In this document: positions 54,057 to 64,000 of the stretch, piece after piece
Position numbering within the stretch: the first letter of the stretch is position 1
Layout of the letters: each line of letters starts with the position of its first letter
Assembly: GCF_044647545.1 (NCBI RefSeq)
Contig: NZ_CP172818.1
Strand: one strand, 5' to 3'
DNA length: 64,000 bases
Source of the DNA: Escherichia coli
GTDB lineage: Bacteria; Pseudomonadota; Gammaproteobacteria; Enterobacterales; Enterobacteriaceae
Made by a program: the position numbers and the translations under genes
Notes under the pieces: model-generated
What the model saw: the letters and a program-made list of their open reading frames with translations, nothing else
What the model was told of the DNA's origin: nothing
The model's database searches: none

Positions 54057-56483
54057 ATGATGAAAATCCATACCACAGAGGCGCTCATGAAGGCTGAAAT
54101 CAGCCGTAGAAGTCTGATGAAAACCTCCGCACTTGGCAGTCTTGCGCTGGCAAGCAGTGCTTTCACTCTGCCATTTTCCCAAATGGTCCGAGCGGCAGAG
54201 ACACCGGTAGAAGAGAAAGCGGTCTGGAGTTCCTGCACCGTTAACTGCGGGAGCCGCTGTCTGTTACGTTTGCATGTGAAAGATGACACCGTGTACTGGG
54301 TGGAGTCTGATACGACAGGAGACGACGTTTACGGTAATCATCAGGTTCGGGCATGTTTACGCGGGCGCTCTATCCGCCGACGGATGAATCATCCTGACAG
54401 GTTGAAATATCCCATGAAGCGCGTCGGCAAGCGCGGTGAAGGTAAATTTGAACGGATAAGTTGGGATGAAGCCCTGGATACCATCAGTGATAATCTTCGG
54501 CGGATCCTTAAAGATTACGGCAATGAGGCTGTACATGTCCTGTACGGAACAGGCGTAGATGGCGGAAACATCACCAACTCGAACGTCCCGTACCGTCTGA
54601 TGAACTCATGCGGTGGTTTTCTCAGTCGCTATGGTAGCTACAGTACCGCACAGATCAGTGCCGCGATGAGTTATATGTTCGGTGCCAATGATGGCAACAG
54701 CCCGGATGATATCGCCAATACGAAACTGGTCGTTATGTTCGGAAATAACCCGGCAGAAACCCGGATGAGCGGCGGTGGTGTCACTTACTACGTCGAGCAA
54801 GCCCGCGAACGTTCAAATGCACGCATGATCGTCATCGATCCACGTTATAACGACACTGCTGCCGGGCGTGAAGATGAATGGCTGCCCATTCGCCCTGGCA
54901 CCGATGGCGCACTGGCCTGTGCGATTGCCTGGGTACTGATTACTGAAAACATGGTCGATCAGCCATTTCTCGACAAATATTGTGTTGGTTACGATGAAAA
55001 AACGCTGCCCGCCAACGCACCTCGTAACGCGCATTATAAAGCCTATATTCTGGGCGAAGGGCCTGACGGCATAGCTAAAACGCCGGAATGGGCAGCAAAA
55101 ATCACCAGCATCCCGGCAGAAAAAATTATCCAGTTGGCACGAGAGATCGGTTCAGCAAAACCGGCTTATATTTGTCAGGGTTGGGGGCCACAACGACATT
55201 CCAACGGCGAGCAAACATCCCGCGCTATTGCCATGCTTTCCGTTCTCACCGGTAACGTCGGCATAAACGGCGGCAACTCAGGTGTACGCGAAGGTAGCTG
55301 GGATCTGGGAGTAGAATGGTTCCCGATGCTCGAGAATCCTGTTAAAACGCAGATTTCCGTCTTTACATGGACAGATGCCATCGACCATGGTACGGAAATG
55401 ACCGCGACCCGTGATGGTGTTCGTGGAAAAGAAAAACTGGATGTCCCCATCAAGTTTTTATGGTGCTACGCCAGTAACACATTGATCAATCAACATGGCG
55501 ACATCAATCACACCCATGAGGTGCTTCAGGATGACAGCAAGTGCGAGATGATTGTTGGCATTGACCACTTCATGACTGCCTCGGCTAAGTATTGCGATAT
55601 CCTGTTGCCCGACCTGATGCCAACAGAGCAAGAAGACCTTATCTCTCATGAATCTGCAGGGAATATGGGATATGTGATCCTCGCCCAACCCGCAACCTCA
55701 GCAAAATTTGAACGCAAACCCATCTACTGGATTCTGAGTGAAGTCGCCAAACGCTTAGGACCAGACGTTTATCAAACCTTTACTGAAGGTCGCAGTCAGC
55801 ATGAATGGATCAAATATCTCCATGCGAAAACGAAGGAACGTAACCCTGAGATGCCCGACTACGAGGAGATGAAAACGACCGGGATCTTTAAGAAAAAATG
55901 CCCGGAAGAACACTACGTCGCTTTCCGCGCATTCCGTGAAGATCCACAGGCAAACCCGTTGAAAACACCTTCGGGGAAAATCGAAATTTATTCTGAACGA
56001 CTGGCGACGATTGCGGATACCTGGGAATTGAAAAAAGATGAAATTATTCATCCCCTTCCTGCATATACCCCAGGTTTTGATGGCTGGGACGATCCCCTGC
56101 GGAAAACCTATCCACTGCAGTTAACGGGCTTCCACTACAAAGCGCGTACCCACTCCAGCTACGGCAATATTGATGTGTTACAGCAGGCCTGCCCACAAGA
56201 GGTGTGGATCAACCCTATTGATGCTCAGGCACGCGGTATCCGTCATGGCGATACCGTGCGGGTATTTAACACTAATGGAGAAATGCTGATTGCCGCAAAA
56301 GTGACTCCGCGTATTCTGCCTGGCGTTACCGCCATCGGGCAAGGTGCGTGGCTTAAAGCGGATATGTTTGGTGACCGGGTCGATCACGGCGGCAGTATCA
56401 ATATTCTGACCTCTCACCGCCCTTCACCGCTGGCAAAGGGAAACCCGTCGCACAGCAATCTCGTCCAGATCGAAAAGGTTTAA
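54057..56483 (+). CDS. ynfF: Tat-exported molybdopterin oxidoreductase YnfF (DmsA paralogue), 808-aa ORF
   Basis: Twin-arginine signal ISRRSLMK; close tandem paralogue of ynfE. Confidence 0.95.
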   Translation: MMKIHTTEALMKAEISRRSLMKTSALGSLALASSAFTLPFSQMVRAAETPVEEKAVWSSCTVNCGSRCLLRLHVKDDTVYWVESDTTGDDVYGNHQVRACLRGRSIRRRMNHPDRLKYPMKRVGKRGEGKFERISWDEALDTISDNLRRILKDYGNEAVHVLYGTGVDGGNITNSNVPYRLMNSCGGFLSRYGSYSTAQISAAMSYMFGANDGNSPDDIANTKLVVMFGNNPAETRMSGGGVTYYVEQARERSNARMIVIDPRYNDTAAGREDEWLPIRPGTDGALACAIAWVLITENMVDQPFLDKYCVGYDEKTLPANAPRNAHYKAYILGEGPDGIAKTPEWAAKITSIPAEKIIQLAREIGSAKPAYICQGWGPQRHSNGEQTSRAIAMLSVLTGNVGINGGNSGVREGSWDLGVEWFPMLENPVKTQISVFTWTDAIDHGTEMTATRDGVRGKEKLDVPIKFLWCYASNTLINQHGDINHTHEVLQDDSKCEMIVGIDHFMTASAKYCDILLPDLMPTEQEDLISHESAGNMGYVILAQPATSAKFERKPIYWILSEVAKRLGPDVYQTFTEGRSQHEWIKYLHAKTKERNPEMPDYEEMKTTGIFKKKCPEEHYVAFRAFREDPQANPLKTPSGKIEIYSERLATIADTWELKKDEIIHPLPAYTPGFDGWDDPLRKTYPLQLTGFHYKARTHSSYGNIDVLQQACPQEVWINPIDAQARGIRHGDTVRVFNTNGEMLIAAKVTPRILPGVTAIGQGAWLKADMFGDRVDHGGSINILTSHRPSPLAKGNPSHSNLVQIEKV

Positions 56484-56493
56484 GGAGTAGCCC

Positions 56494-57111
56494 ATGACCA
56501 CACAATATGGATTTTTTATCGATTCCAGCCGCTGTACTGGCTGTAAAACCTGCGAACTGGCGTGCAAAGATTTTAAAGATCTTGGCCCGGAAGTCAGTTT
56601 CCGCCGTATTTATGAATATGCTGGCGGCGACTGGCAGGAAGATAATGGCGTCTGGCACCAGAACGTGTTCGCTTATTATCTCTCCATCTCCTGTAACCAT
56701 TGCGATGACCCCGCATGTACAAAAGTCTGCCCCAGCGGCGCAATGCATAAGCGTGAAGATGGCTTTGTGGTGGTTGATGAAGATGTTTGTATCGGCTGCC
56801 GCTACTGCCACATGGCTTGTCCGTACGGCGCACCACAGTACAATGCTGAAAAAGGGCACATGACGAAGTGCGATGGTTGTTATTCGCGCGTCGCCGAGGG
56901 GAAACAACCCATATGTGTCGAATCCTGCCCGCTGCGTGCACTTGAATTCGGTCCAATTGAAGAGCTGCGCCAGAAGCACGGCACTCTGGCTGCCGTTGCG
57001 CCACTGCCGCGCGCGCATTTCACAAAACCCAATATCGTTATCAAACCTAACGCCAACAGCCGCCCGACCGGCGATACCACTGGTTATCTGGCTAATCCGG
57101 AGGAAGTGTAA
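56494..57111 (+). CDS. ynfG: 4Fe-4S ferredoxin-type subunit YnfG (DmsB paralogue), 205 aa
   Basis: Four Cys clusters (CTGCKTCELAC, CNHCDDPACTKVC, CIGCRYCHMAC, CDGC...). Confidence 0.95.
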   Translation: MTTQYGFFIDSSRCTGCKTCELACKDFKDLGPEVSFRRIYEYAGGDWQEDNGVWHQNVFAYYLSISCNHCDDPACTKVCPSGAMHKREDGFVVVDEDVCIGCRYCHMACPYGAPQYNAEKGHMTKCDGCYSRVAEGKQPICVESCPLRALEFGPIEELRQKHGTLAAVAPLPRAHFTKPNIVIKPNANSRPTGDTTGYLANPEEV

Positions 57112-57112
57112 A

Positions 57113-57967
57113 ATGGGAAATGGATGGCATGAATGGCCACTGGTTATCTTTACCGTATTGGGTCAATGCGTAGTAGGCGCGCTGATTGTTAGCGGAATTG
57201 GCTGGTTCGCCGCCAAAAATGACGCAGACCGTCAGCGTATTGTCCGTGGCATGTTTTTCCTCTGGCTGTTGATGGGCATCGGGTTTATTGCCTCTGTCAT
57301 GCACCTGGGGTCGCCACTGCGGGCGTTTAACTCGCTGAATCGAATCGGAGATTCTGGTCTGAGTAACGAGATTGCTGCCGGTTCCATATTTTTTGCCGTT
57401 GGCGGATTATGGTGGCTGGTGGCAGTCATCGGTAAAATGCCGCAAGCGTTGGGGAAACTCTGGTTACTTGTCAGCATGGCGCTCGGCGTCATTTTCGTCT
57501 GGATGATGACCTGCGTGTATCAAATCGACACAGTGCCAACCTGGCATAACGGTTACACTACGCTGGCTTTCTTCCTGACAGTATTGTTGAGCGGTCCAAT
57601 ACTTGCTGCCGCAATTCTGCGAGCAGCCCGCGTTACATTTAATACCACACCATTTGCCATCATTAGCGTTCTGGCGCTGATCGCTTGTGCCGGGGTGATT
57701 GTGCTGCAAGGTTTGTCTCTGGCGTCTATTCACTCATCCGTACAACAAGCCAGCGCACTGGTACCAGATTACGCCTCCTTACAGGTCTGGCGTGTGGTAT
57801 TGTTATGCGCAGGTCTAGGATGCTGGCTTTGTCCGCTCATTCGTCGCCGTGAACCTCACGTTGCCGGACTTGTTCTGGGGCTAATCCTCATACTTGGCGG
57901 TGAGATGATCGGGCGTGTGCTCTTTTATGGCCTGCACATGACGGTAGGAATGGCTATTGCAGGTTAA
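57113..57967 (+). CDS. ynfH: membrane anchor subunit YnfH (DmsC paralogue), 284 aa
   Basis: MGNGWHEWPLVIFTVLGQ..., about 8 TM segments. Confidence 0.9.
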   Translation: MGNGWHEWPLVIFTVLGQCVVGALIVSGIGWFAAKNDADRQRIVRGMFFLWLLMGIGFIASVMHLGSPLRAFNSLNRIGDSGLSNEIAAGSIFFAVGGLWWLVAVIGKMPQALGKLWLLVSMALGVIFVWMMTCVYQIDTVPTWHNGYTTLAFFLTVLLSGPILAAAILRAARVTFNTTPFAIISVLALIACAGVIVLQGLSLASIHSSVQQASALVPDYASLQVWRVVLLCAGLGCWLCPLIRRREPHVAGLVLGLILILGGEMIGRVLFYGLHMTVGMAIAG

Positions 57968-58009
57968 CAAATTGGTGCGGGGCAACCCGCACATTTCAGG
58001 ATGTTAGGA

Positions 58010-58624
58010 ATGACCCATTTTTCACAGCAAGATAATTTTTCTGTCGCGGCGCGCGTGTTGGGCGCGCTGTTTTATTACGCTCCAGAGAGTGCGGAAGCCG
58101 CACCTCTGGTTGCGGTACTCACCAATGACAGCTGGGAAACTCAGTGGCCTCTACCAGAAGCGTCATTAGCGCCGCTGGTGACTGCTTTTCAGACACAGAG
58201 TGAAGAGACTCACGCCCAGGCCTGGCAGCGTTTGTTTGTCGGCCCGTGGGCACTGCCGTCACCGCCGTGGGGATCGGTCTGGCTGGATCGCGAATCTGTG
58301 CTGTTTGGCGATTCAACATTGGCACTTCGTCAGTGGATGCGCGAGAAAGGCATTCAGTTTGAAATGCAGCAAAACGAACCGGAAGATCATTTTGGTTCAC
58401 TGCTGTTGATGGCTGCGTGGTTGGCGGAGAATGGTCGCCAGACAGAATGCGAAGAATTGCTGGCATGGCACCTTTTTCCGTGGTCAACACGTTTTCTTGA
58501 CGTTTTTATCGAAAAAGCAGAACACCCTTTCTACCGTGCACTGGGTGAACTCGCTCGCTTAACGCTGGCGCAATGGCAATCACAACTGTTGATTCCTGTC
58601 GCGGTTAAACCGCTGTTTCGATAG
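58010..58624 (+). CDS. dmsD: Tat proofreading chaperone DmsD, 204 aa
   Basis: MTHFSQQDNFSVAARVLGALFYYAPESAEAAPLVA... Confidence 0.95.
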   Translation: MTHFSQQDNFSVAARVLGALFYYAPESAEAAPLVAVLTNDSWETQWPLPEASLAPLVTAFQTQSEETHAQAWQRLFVGPWALPSPPWGSVWLDRESVLFGDSTLALRQWMREKGIQFEMQQNEPEDHFGSLLLMAAWLAENGRQTECEELLAWHLFPWSTRFLDVFIEKAEHPFYRALGELARLTLAQWQSQLLIPVAVKPLFR

Positions 58625-58818
58625 GATCACCGTAATATTGCCGGATGGTGACGATTACGCGCGATTCGGCAATAATACGTTACAGTGTCACGTTTTTTTA
58701 TCTCTTAAAGCACGCACTGCTTTTGCGGCTGGCCTCTTTTGCCGCAAAATAGTCGCCCGTGTTTCATTGCCCATTTCTGCTCATGCATCATCTACACATC
58801 TATCCGGATCTGCGCACT

Positions 58819-60075
58819 ATGTTCCGCCGTCTGCTTATCGCAACAGTCGTCGGTATTCTCGCGGCCTTTGCCGTTGCCGGGTTTCGTCATGCAATGCTGC
58901 TACTGGAGTGGTTGTTCCTCAATAATGACTCCGGCAGTCTGGTCAATGCAGCGACAAATCTTTCCCCATGGCGACGGCTGCTAACTCCGGCGCTCGGCGG
59001 ACTGGCGGCGGGTTTGTTGCTGATGGGCTGGCAGAAATTTACCCAGCAACGCCCTCATGCGCCGACCGATTACATGGAAGCGTTGCAAACCGATGGTCAG
59101 TTCGATTACGCAGCAAGCCTGGTTAAATCGCTTGCCTCTCTGCTGGTAGTAACCAGCGGCAGTGCAATTGGTCGCGAAGGTGCGATGATTCTTTTAGCTG
59201 CCCTTGCCGCCTCCTGTTTTGCCCAACGTTTTACGCCACGCCAGGAGTGGAAATTATGGATCGCCTGTGGAGCTGCGGCGGGAATGGCTGCGGCCTATCG
59301 CGCCCCGCTTGCTGGCAGTTTATTTATAGCCGAAGTGCTGTTTGGCACTATGATGTTGGCCTCTCTCGGCCCGGTGATTATTTCCGCCGTCGTGGCGTTG
59401 CTGGTTAGCAATCTGATTAATCATAGCGACGCGTTACTCTACAGCGTACAACTCTCAGTGACGGTTCAGGCTCGTGACTATGCGCTGATTATCAGTACAG
59501 GTGTGCTGGCAGGTCTGTGCGGACCACTGTTGTTAACGTTAATGAACGCCTGTCATCGTGGATTTGTAAGTCTCAAACTTGCGCCGCCCTGGCAACTGGC
59601 ACTGGGCGGGTTGATCGTGGGTCTGCTTTCCCTGTTCACACCTGCAGTGTGGGGCAACGGCTATAGCACCGTACAATCCTTTTTAACCGCCCCGCCACTG
59701 TTAATGATCATTGCCGGGATCTTCCTCTGTAAACTGTTTGCCGTGCTGGCGAGTAGTGGTTCTGGCGCGCCCGGTGGTGTCTTTACACCGACGCTATTTA
59801 TCGGTCTTGCCATTGGCATGTTGTATGGTCGTAGCCTGGGATTATGGTTCCCTGATGGCGAAGAAATTACGCTTTTACTCGGATTGACCGGGATGGCGAC
59901 ACTGTTGGCGGCAACCACGCACGCGCCGATTATGTCGACGTTGATGATATGTGAAATGACCGGGGAGTATCAGCTACTCCCCGGTTTATTGATTGCCTGC
60001 GTAATTGCGTCGGTAATTTCGCGGACGTTACACCGTGACTCTATCTACCGCCAGCACACTGCGAAGCATAGCTAA
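58819..60075 (+). CDS. clcB: voltage-gated ClC-type chloride channel ClcB, 418 aa
   Basis: ClC selectivity motifs GSAIGREGA and GVFTPT; start at [11 protein letters not shown]... Confidence 0.9.
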   Translation: MFRRLLIATVVGILAAFAVAGFRHAMLLLEWLFLNNDSGSLVNAATNLSPWRRLLTPALGGLAAGLLLMGWQKFTQQRPHAPTDYMEALQTDGQFDYAASLVKSLASLLVVTSGSAIGREGAMILLAALAASCFAQRFTPRQEWKLWIACGAAAGMAAAYRAPLAGSLFIAEVLFGTMMLASLGPVIISAVVALLVSNLINHSDALLYSVQLSVTVQARDYALIISTGVLAGLCGPLLLTLMNACHRGFVSLKLAPPWQLALGGLIVGLLSLFTPAVWGNGYSTVQSFLTAPPLLMIIAGIFLCKLFAVLASSGSGAPGGVFTPTLFIGLAIGMLYGRSLGLWFPDGEEITLLLGLTGMATLLAATTHAPIMSTLMICEMTGEYQLLPGLLIACVIASVISRTLHRDSIYRQHTAKHS

Positions 60076-60723
60076 GCGGATGTATTGCCCCAGTTCACGC
60101 TGTTCGGCGCGCGGCAGATAAGGCAGTTCACCAATGAGCGGTGCCGGAAGTTTTTTACCGAGCACATCAATGATTTCCGCATAATGCGCCAGTCCTGGAT
60201 TGATTCGGTTAGCCACCCAGCCAATGAGCGGTAGCCCGTCGTTGGCGATCGCCTGAGCTGTTAGCAGTGCATGGTTAATGCAACCTTCCTGAATACCGAC
60301 AACCATCAACACCGGCAGTTGTTCCTGCACCACCCATTCAGAGAGCGGACGCAAATCATTCATCAGACTGCGCCAGCCGCCAGTCCCTTCTACCACCACA
60401 TGATCGACTTTATCGGTCAGGTTTGCCAGGCCGTTTGAAATGAGGGTGTAATTGATTGGGCAACTGTGCGCCACGCTACTTTCTTCTTCGCTTAACGCGA
60501 TAGGATTAACTGCTTCATAAGGCAGTTCGATGGTTGAAACACTCTGCAACACCAGGGCATCTTTATTACGCAGCCCTTCGGGTGTCTCTTTGCTCCCCTT
60601 CGCTACGGGTTTATATCCCGCAACCGTTTTTCCCTGGGAGGCTAACGCTTGTAGCAATGCGCGGGAAACCACCGTTTTCCCTACAGAAGTGTCTGTACCG
60701 GTAATAAAGAAACGCTTCAGCAT
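60028..60723 (-). CDS. ynfK: dethiobiotin synthetase paralogue YnfK (BioD2), 231 aa
   Basis: P-loop GTDTSVGKT; 3' end overlaps the convergent clcB 3' end by 48 bp. Confidence 0.9.
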   Translation of the reverse strand: MLKRFFITGTDTSVGKTVVSRALLQALASQGKTVAGYKPVAKGSKETPEGLRNKDALVLQSVSTIELPYEAVNPIALSEEESSVAHSCPINYTLISNGLANLTDKVDHVVVEGTGGWRSLMNDLRPLSEWVVQEQLPVLMVVGIQEGCINHALLTAQAIANDGLPLIGWVANRINPGLAHYAEIIDVLGKKLPAPLIGELPYLPRAEQRELGQYIRLAMLRSVLAVDRVTV

Positions 60724-60847
60724 CACTAACTCCACCGTTATGCTTCACAAATATAAACCAGGAAAATAATTAACCTTGAAAGTCTAAGTTATGCTTTCCT
60801 GGCCCAAATTGAGATAGCGCAAATTTTGGTAGAACAGTTAAAAAATG

Positions 60848-62068
60848 TTAACCCTGCAACAGACGAATCAACAAAGAACCGTTATACATCGCGTCTTTTA
60901 CTAGCGCAGCCCCTGCCATCGTACCCTGGTTAGAAAATTGAGTACTCTCAACGCTAATGTGCTGACTATACGCAGGAAGGGCCTGCTGACGGATGCTATC
61001 TGAGATGACCGGGAAGAGGATATCTGCCGCTTTACTTAACGGTGAGCCAATCAGTATTTTTTGTGGGTTAAATAAATTCACCATGATGGCAAGAATGCGC
61101 CCGACATGCGCGCCCACCCCGGTAATGATGTCTTTTGCCAGTAGATCGCCGCGCAATGCCGCCTGACACAATGAGTCCACGGTTAACGGCTGTCCATGTA
61201 ACATCGAGCTCATGGATTGATTGAGACGCAGCTGTGCCAGCTCAAGAATACTGTCCACACTGGCGATGGTTTCGAGGCAGCCGTGATTCCCGCAATAACA
61301 GCGTTTCCCATACGGGTCGACCTGCGTGTGACCTATTTCCACGAGGCTACTGCTGCCGGCGTGTAGCAGATGACCATCGGTAATGACGCCCGCCCCCACG
61401 TTGTGATCGATAACCACCTGAATCACATCGCGCGCCCCGCGTGAGGCACCAAACAAGGCCTCTGCCATCGTCCATGCGCTGATATCATGCTGGATATAAA
61501 CCGGTACGCCGGTATGCTGCTCCAGCGCCTCGCCGAGCGGCATCTCTTTTACATCCTCGTAGAACGGCATGCGATGTACAATGCCATTTTCCGTATCAAT
61601 AATTCCCGGCAAGGTTATGGCAATCGAAGTTAGACGCTCAAGTTTTTTCTGGTGGCGGATAAAAAACTGATCGATATGGGAAATGATACGATCCAGCAAT
61701 GGTGAGTCATCTTTTAACGCCAGTTCCTGCGCCTCCTCCACCACCAGTTTGCTGCTCAGATCGCGCAGAGCAAGGAAAATCTCCCCGCGACTAATGCGCA
61801 GAGAAAGATAGTGCCAGGCTTCAGTTTCAACCACCAGCCCCACCGCCGGACGGCCACGGTTCCCCGCTTCTTTGATTTCCAGCTCTTGCACCAGGTGTGC
61901 TTCGAGCATCTCACGGACAATTTTAGTGATACTGGCAGGAGCCAGTTGCGCCAGACGGGAAAGATCGATACGCGAGACTGGACCAAGCTGATCAATCAGG
62001 CGATAAACCGCGCCCGCGTTGGTCTGCTTTATTTGATCAATGTGCCCAGGCTGATTTTCAGCAACCAC
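60848..62068 (-). CDS. mlc: ROK-family global repressor Mlc (DgsA), 406 aa
   Basis: N-terminal HTH plus ROK sugar-kinase-like domain with the CxCGxxGC zinc motif (CYCGNHGC). Confidence 0.95.
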   Translation of the reverse strand: MVAENQPGHIDQIKQTNAGAVYRLIDQLGPVSRIDLSRLAQLAPASITKIVREMLEAHLVQELEIKEAGNRGRPAVGLVVETEAWHYLSLRISRGEIFLALRDLSSKLVVEEAQELALKDDSPLLDRIISHIDQFFIRHQKKLERLTSIAITLPGIIDTENGIVHRMPFYEDVKEMPLGEALEQHTGVPVYIQHDISAWTMAEALFGASRGARDVIQVVIDHNVGAGVITDGHLLHAGSSSLVEIGHTQVDPYGKRCYCGNHGCLETIASVDSILELAQLRLNQSMSSMLHGQPLTVDSLCQAALRGDLLAKDIITGVGAHVGRILAIMVNLFNPQKILIGSPLSKAADILFPVISDSIRQQALPAYSQHISVESTQFSNQGTMAGAALVKDAMYNGSLLIRLLQG

Positions 62069-62202
62069 CGCATACTCCCTATATTTTCGCGCTCCGAAAT
62101 AATCTGTAGGCTATGGTGAAGCACTTCAATACGTGTCGTCAAATTTTTACTTAGGCATGTGATTAACAGCACATTTTTCGGGCTTTTTCGCTGAAATTTC
62201 CC

Positions 62203-63096
62203 TCACCTGAGAGCATTCAGCAGATGAATACGAAAGTTTCGCGCAGCTGGACTTTGTTCATGATGTTTCGGCCAGACCAACCACATTTCAGAAACCGCAT
62301 CCTCTTCAGCAATCGGCACCCAGCGCATTTCGTTGAGCTGAACTCGTTTAAATGACGCAGGCAAAATTGAGACACCCAGACCGGCGGAAACCAGACCGAT
62401 GATGGTCATTGCCTCGCCCACCTCCTGAGTGATGACGGGCGTCAAATGGTAACGTCGCATCAGTCCGAGAATATCGTCATACAGCCCTGTCCCGACGTGC
62501 GGATCAAAAAAGACAAAGGGTTCTTTCGCCAGTTCAGCCAGCGTTACATTCGGGTTATTTGCCAGGGGATGATCGTGCGGGATCATCGCCATAAGCGGTT
62601 CATGGACGATGACTGCGTGTTCAAGCGTCTCCGGTAACGCTGTGTTACGCAGCAATCCCATATCCAGCGTTCCTTCAATGAGCGGAGCGATTTGCTCGCG
62701 AGTGTTCATTTCGCGGGTTTGTAAATGGACATCAGGATAATCACGGCGAAACAGCGATAACGTATCGGACACCGCCCGAATAAAAGGAGCGGACGAAGTA
62801 AAACCAATACGCAACTCCCCCGCTTCACCCTGATGCAGTCTTTCAGCGCGAGCGGCAGCGTCATCCACCATAGACAGGATTTGCCGACTATCTGCAAGAA
62901 ACTGTTTTCCTGCTGCCGTCAGCAATACACTGCGATTGGTTCGTGCCAGCAGTCGGGCACCAATTTGTTGTTCCAGCGCCTGAATCTGCTGGCTTAGCGG
63001 CGGTTGCGAAATATTCAGGCGGGCAGCGGCGCGCCCGAAATGCAGCTCTTCTGCAACAGCAACAAAGTAACGCAGATGACGAAGTTCAATATTCAT
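62203..63096 (-). CDS. ynfL: LysR-family transcriptional regulator YnfL, 297 aa
   Basis: N-terminal HTH MNIELRHLRYFVAVAEELHFGRAAARLNISQPPLSQQIQ; divergent from ynfM. Confidence 0.85.
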   Translation of the reverse strand: MNIELRHLRYFVAVAEELHFGRAAARLNISQPPLSQQIQALEQQIGARLLARTNRSVLLTAAGKQFLADSRQILSMVDDAAARAERLHQGEAGELRIGFTSSAPFIRAVSDTLSLFRRDYPDVHLQTREMNTREQIAPLIEGTLDMGLLRNTALPETLEHAVIVHEPLMAMIPHDHPLANNPNVTLAELAKEPFVFFDPHVGTGLYDDILGLMRRYHLTPVITQEVGEAMTIIGLVSAGLGVSILPASFKRVQLNEMRWVPIAEEDAVSEMWLVWPKHHEQSPAARNFRIHLLNALR

Positions 63097-63202
63097 ATTT
63101 AAAACATCTTATTTGAGATTATTAATATATTAGACAGAACAATTCCATTTTCCTAATCTATTCATAAGCCTGATCCACAGGCATATTTAGCAAGGATTTC
63201 AA

Positions 63203-64000
63203 GTGAGCCGTACTACAACTGTTGATGGCGCTCCGGCAAGCGACACTGACAAGCAAAGCATTTCTCAGCCAAATCAATTTATTAAACGCGGTACGCCGCA
63301 ATTTATGCGCGTCACCCTGGCGCTGTTCTCTGCCGGACTGGCAACCTTCGCACTTCTCTATTGTGTGCAACCTATCCTTCCGGTGCTTTCGCAGGAGTTT
63401 GGCTTAACGCCCGCGAACAGTAGTATTTCACTGTCCATTTCAACGGCGATGTTGGCTATCGGTTTGCTGTTTACTGGCCCGCTATCCGATGCCATTGGTC
63501 GCAAACCAGTGATGGTCACGGCGCTACTGTTGGCCTCCATTTGTACGTTACTTTCGACAATGATGACCAGCTGGCACGGCATTTTGATTATGCGCGCCTT
63601 GATTGGGCTTTCGTTAAGTGGCGTGGCAGCCGTTGGCATGACTTATCTTAGCGAGGAAATCCACCCCAGTTTCGTGGCCTTTTCGATGGGGTTGTATATC
63701 AGCGGCAACTCAATTGGCGGCATGAGCGGACGCTTAATTAGCGGTGTCTTCACGGACTTTTTCAACTGGCGAATTGCGCTGGCGGCAATCGGTTGTTTCG
63801 CGCTGGCCTCGGCGTTGATGTTCTGGAAAATCCTCCCGGAATCACGCCATTTTCGCCCGACTTCGCTGCGACCTAAGACGTTGTTTATCAACTTTCGTCT
63901 GCACTGGCGTGACCGGGGATTACCGTTATTGTTCGCAGAAGGCTTTTTGCTGATGGGGTCGTTCGTCACGCTGTTTAATTACATCGGCTATCGGTTGATG
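63203..64000 (+). CDS. ynfM: MFS transporter YnfM, 5' portion (runs off window end), GTG start
   Basis: Frame open from GTG at 63203 to the window end; hydrophobic TM segments (LALFSAGLATFALLYCVQPILPV...). Confidence 0.8.
   Translation, partial: MSRTTTVDGAPASDTDKQSISQPNQFIKRGTPQFMRVTLALFSAGLATFALLYCVQPILPVLSQEFGLTPANSSISLSISTAMLAIGLLFTGPLSDAIGRKPVMVTALLLASICTLLSTMMTSWHGILIMRALIGLSLSGVAAVGMTYLSEEIHPSFVAFSMGLYISGNSIGGMSGRLISGVFTDFFNWRIALAAIGCFALASALMFWKILPESRHFRPTSLRPKTLFINFRLHWRDRGLPLLFAEGFLLMGSFVTLFNYIGYRLM

Noticed and set aside
56398-57018. 206-aa minus-strand ORF and 136-aa ORF overlapping ynfG
   Set aside because: Antisense shadow ORFs in the GC-rich ferredoxin gene.

Overview
This window is a contiguous Escherichia coli chromosomal segment that I recognise, from memory of K-12 protein sequences and gene order rather than any database search, as the lsrFG-tam-uxaB / marRAB / dcp / Qin cryptic prophage / rspAB-speG-ynfEFGH-dmsD-clcB-mlc-ynfLM region. 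About 85 genes are supported; most starts were refined from the ORF track by choosing the internal Met that gives the expected length. The middle 20.9 kb (about 25403-46264) is the Qin lambdoid prophage inserted in ydfJ, with a lambda-like cos/Nu1 end, lysis cassette, Q antiterminator, cold-shock paralogues, hokD and relBE toxin-antitoxin loci, the dicA-dicF-dicB module, an IS2 remnant and a defective integrase. I found no rRNA, tRNA or CRISPR array, and no convincing novel multi-gene system: every substantial ORF is either a known gene or an antisense shadow ORF. What does depart from expectation is: (1) two extreme A-rich low-complexity tracts, one destroying the 5' part of dgcF and one inside the IS2 remnant, each with flanks that look like real sequence degraded toward A, which I suspect are assembly or synthetic artefacts; (2) an apparently truncated ydeJ; (3) a homopolymer frameshift in tfaQ; (4) three MarR substitutions (A53E, G103S, Y137H) relative to the K-12 sequence as I recall it. 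All need reference alignment or read-level confirmation.
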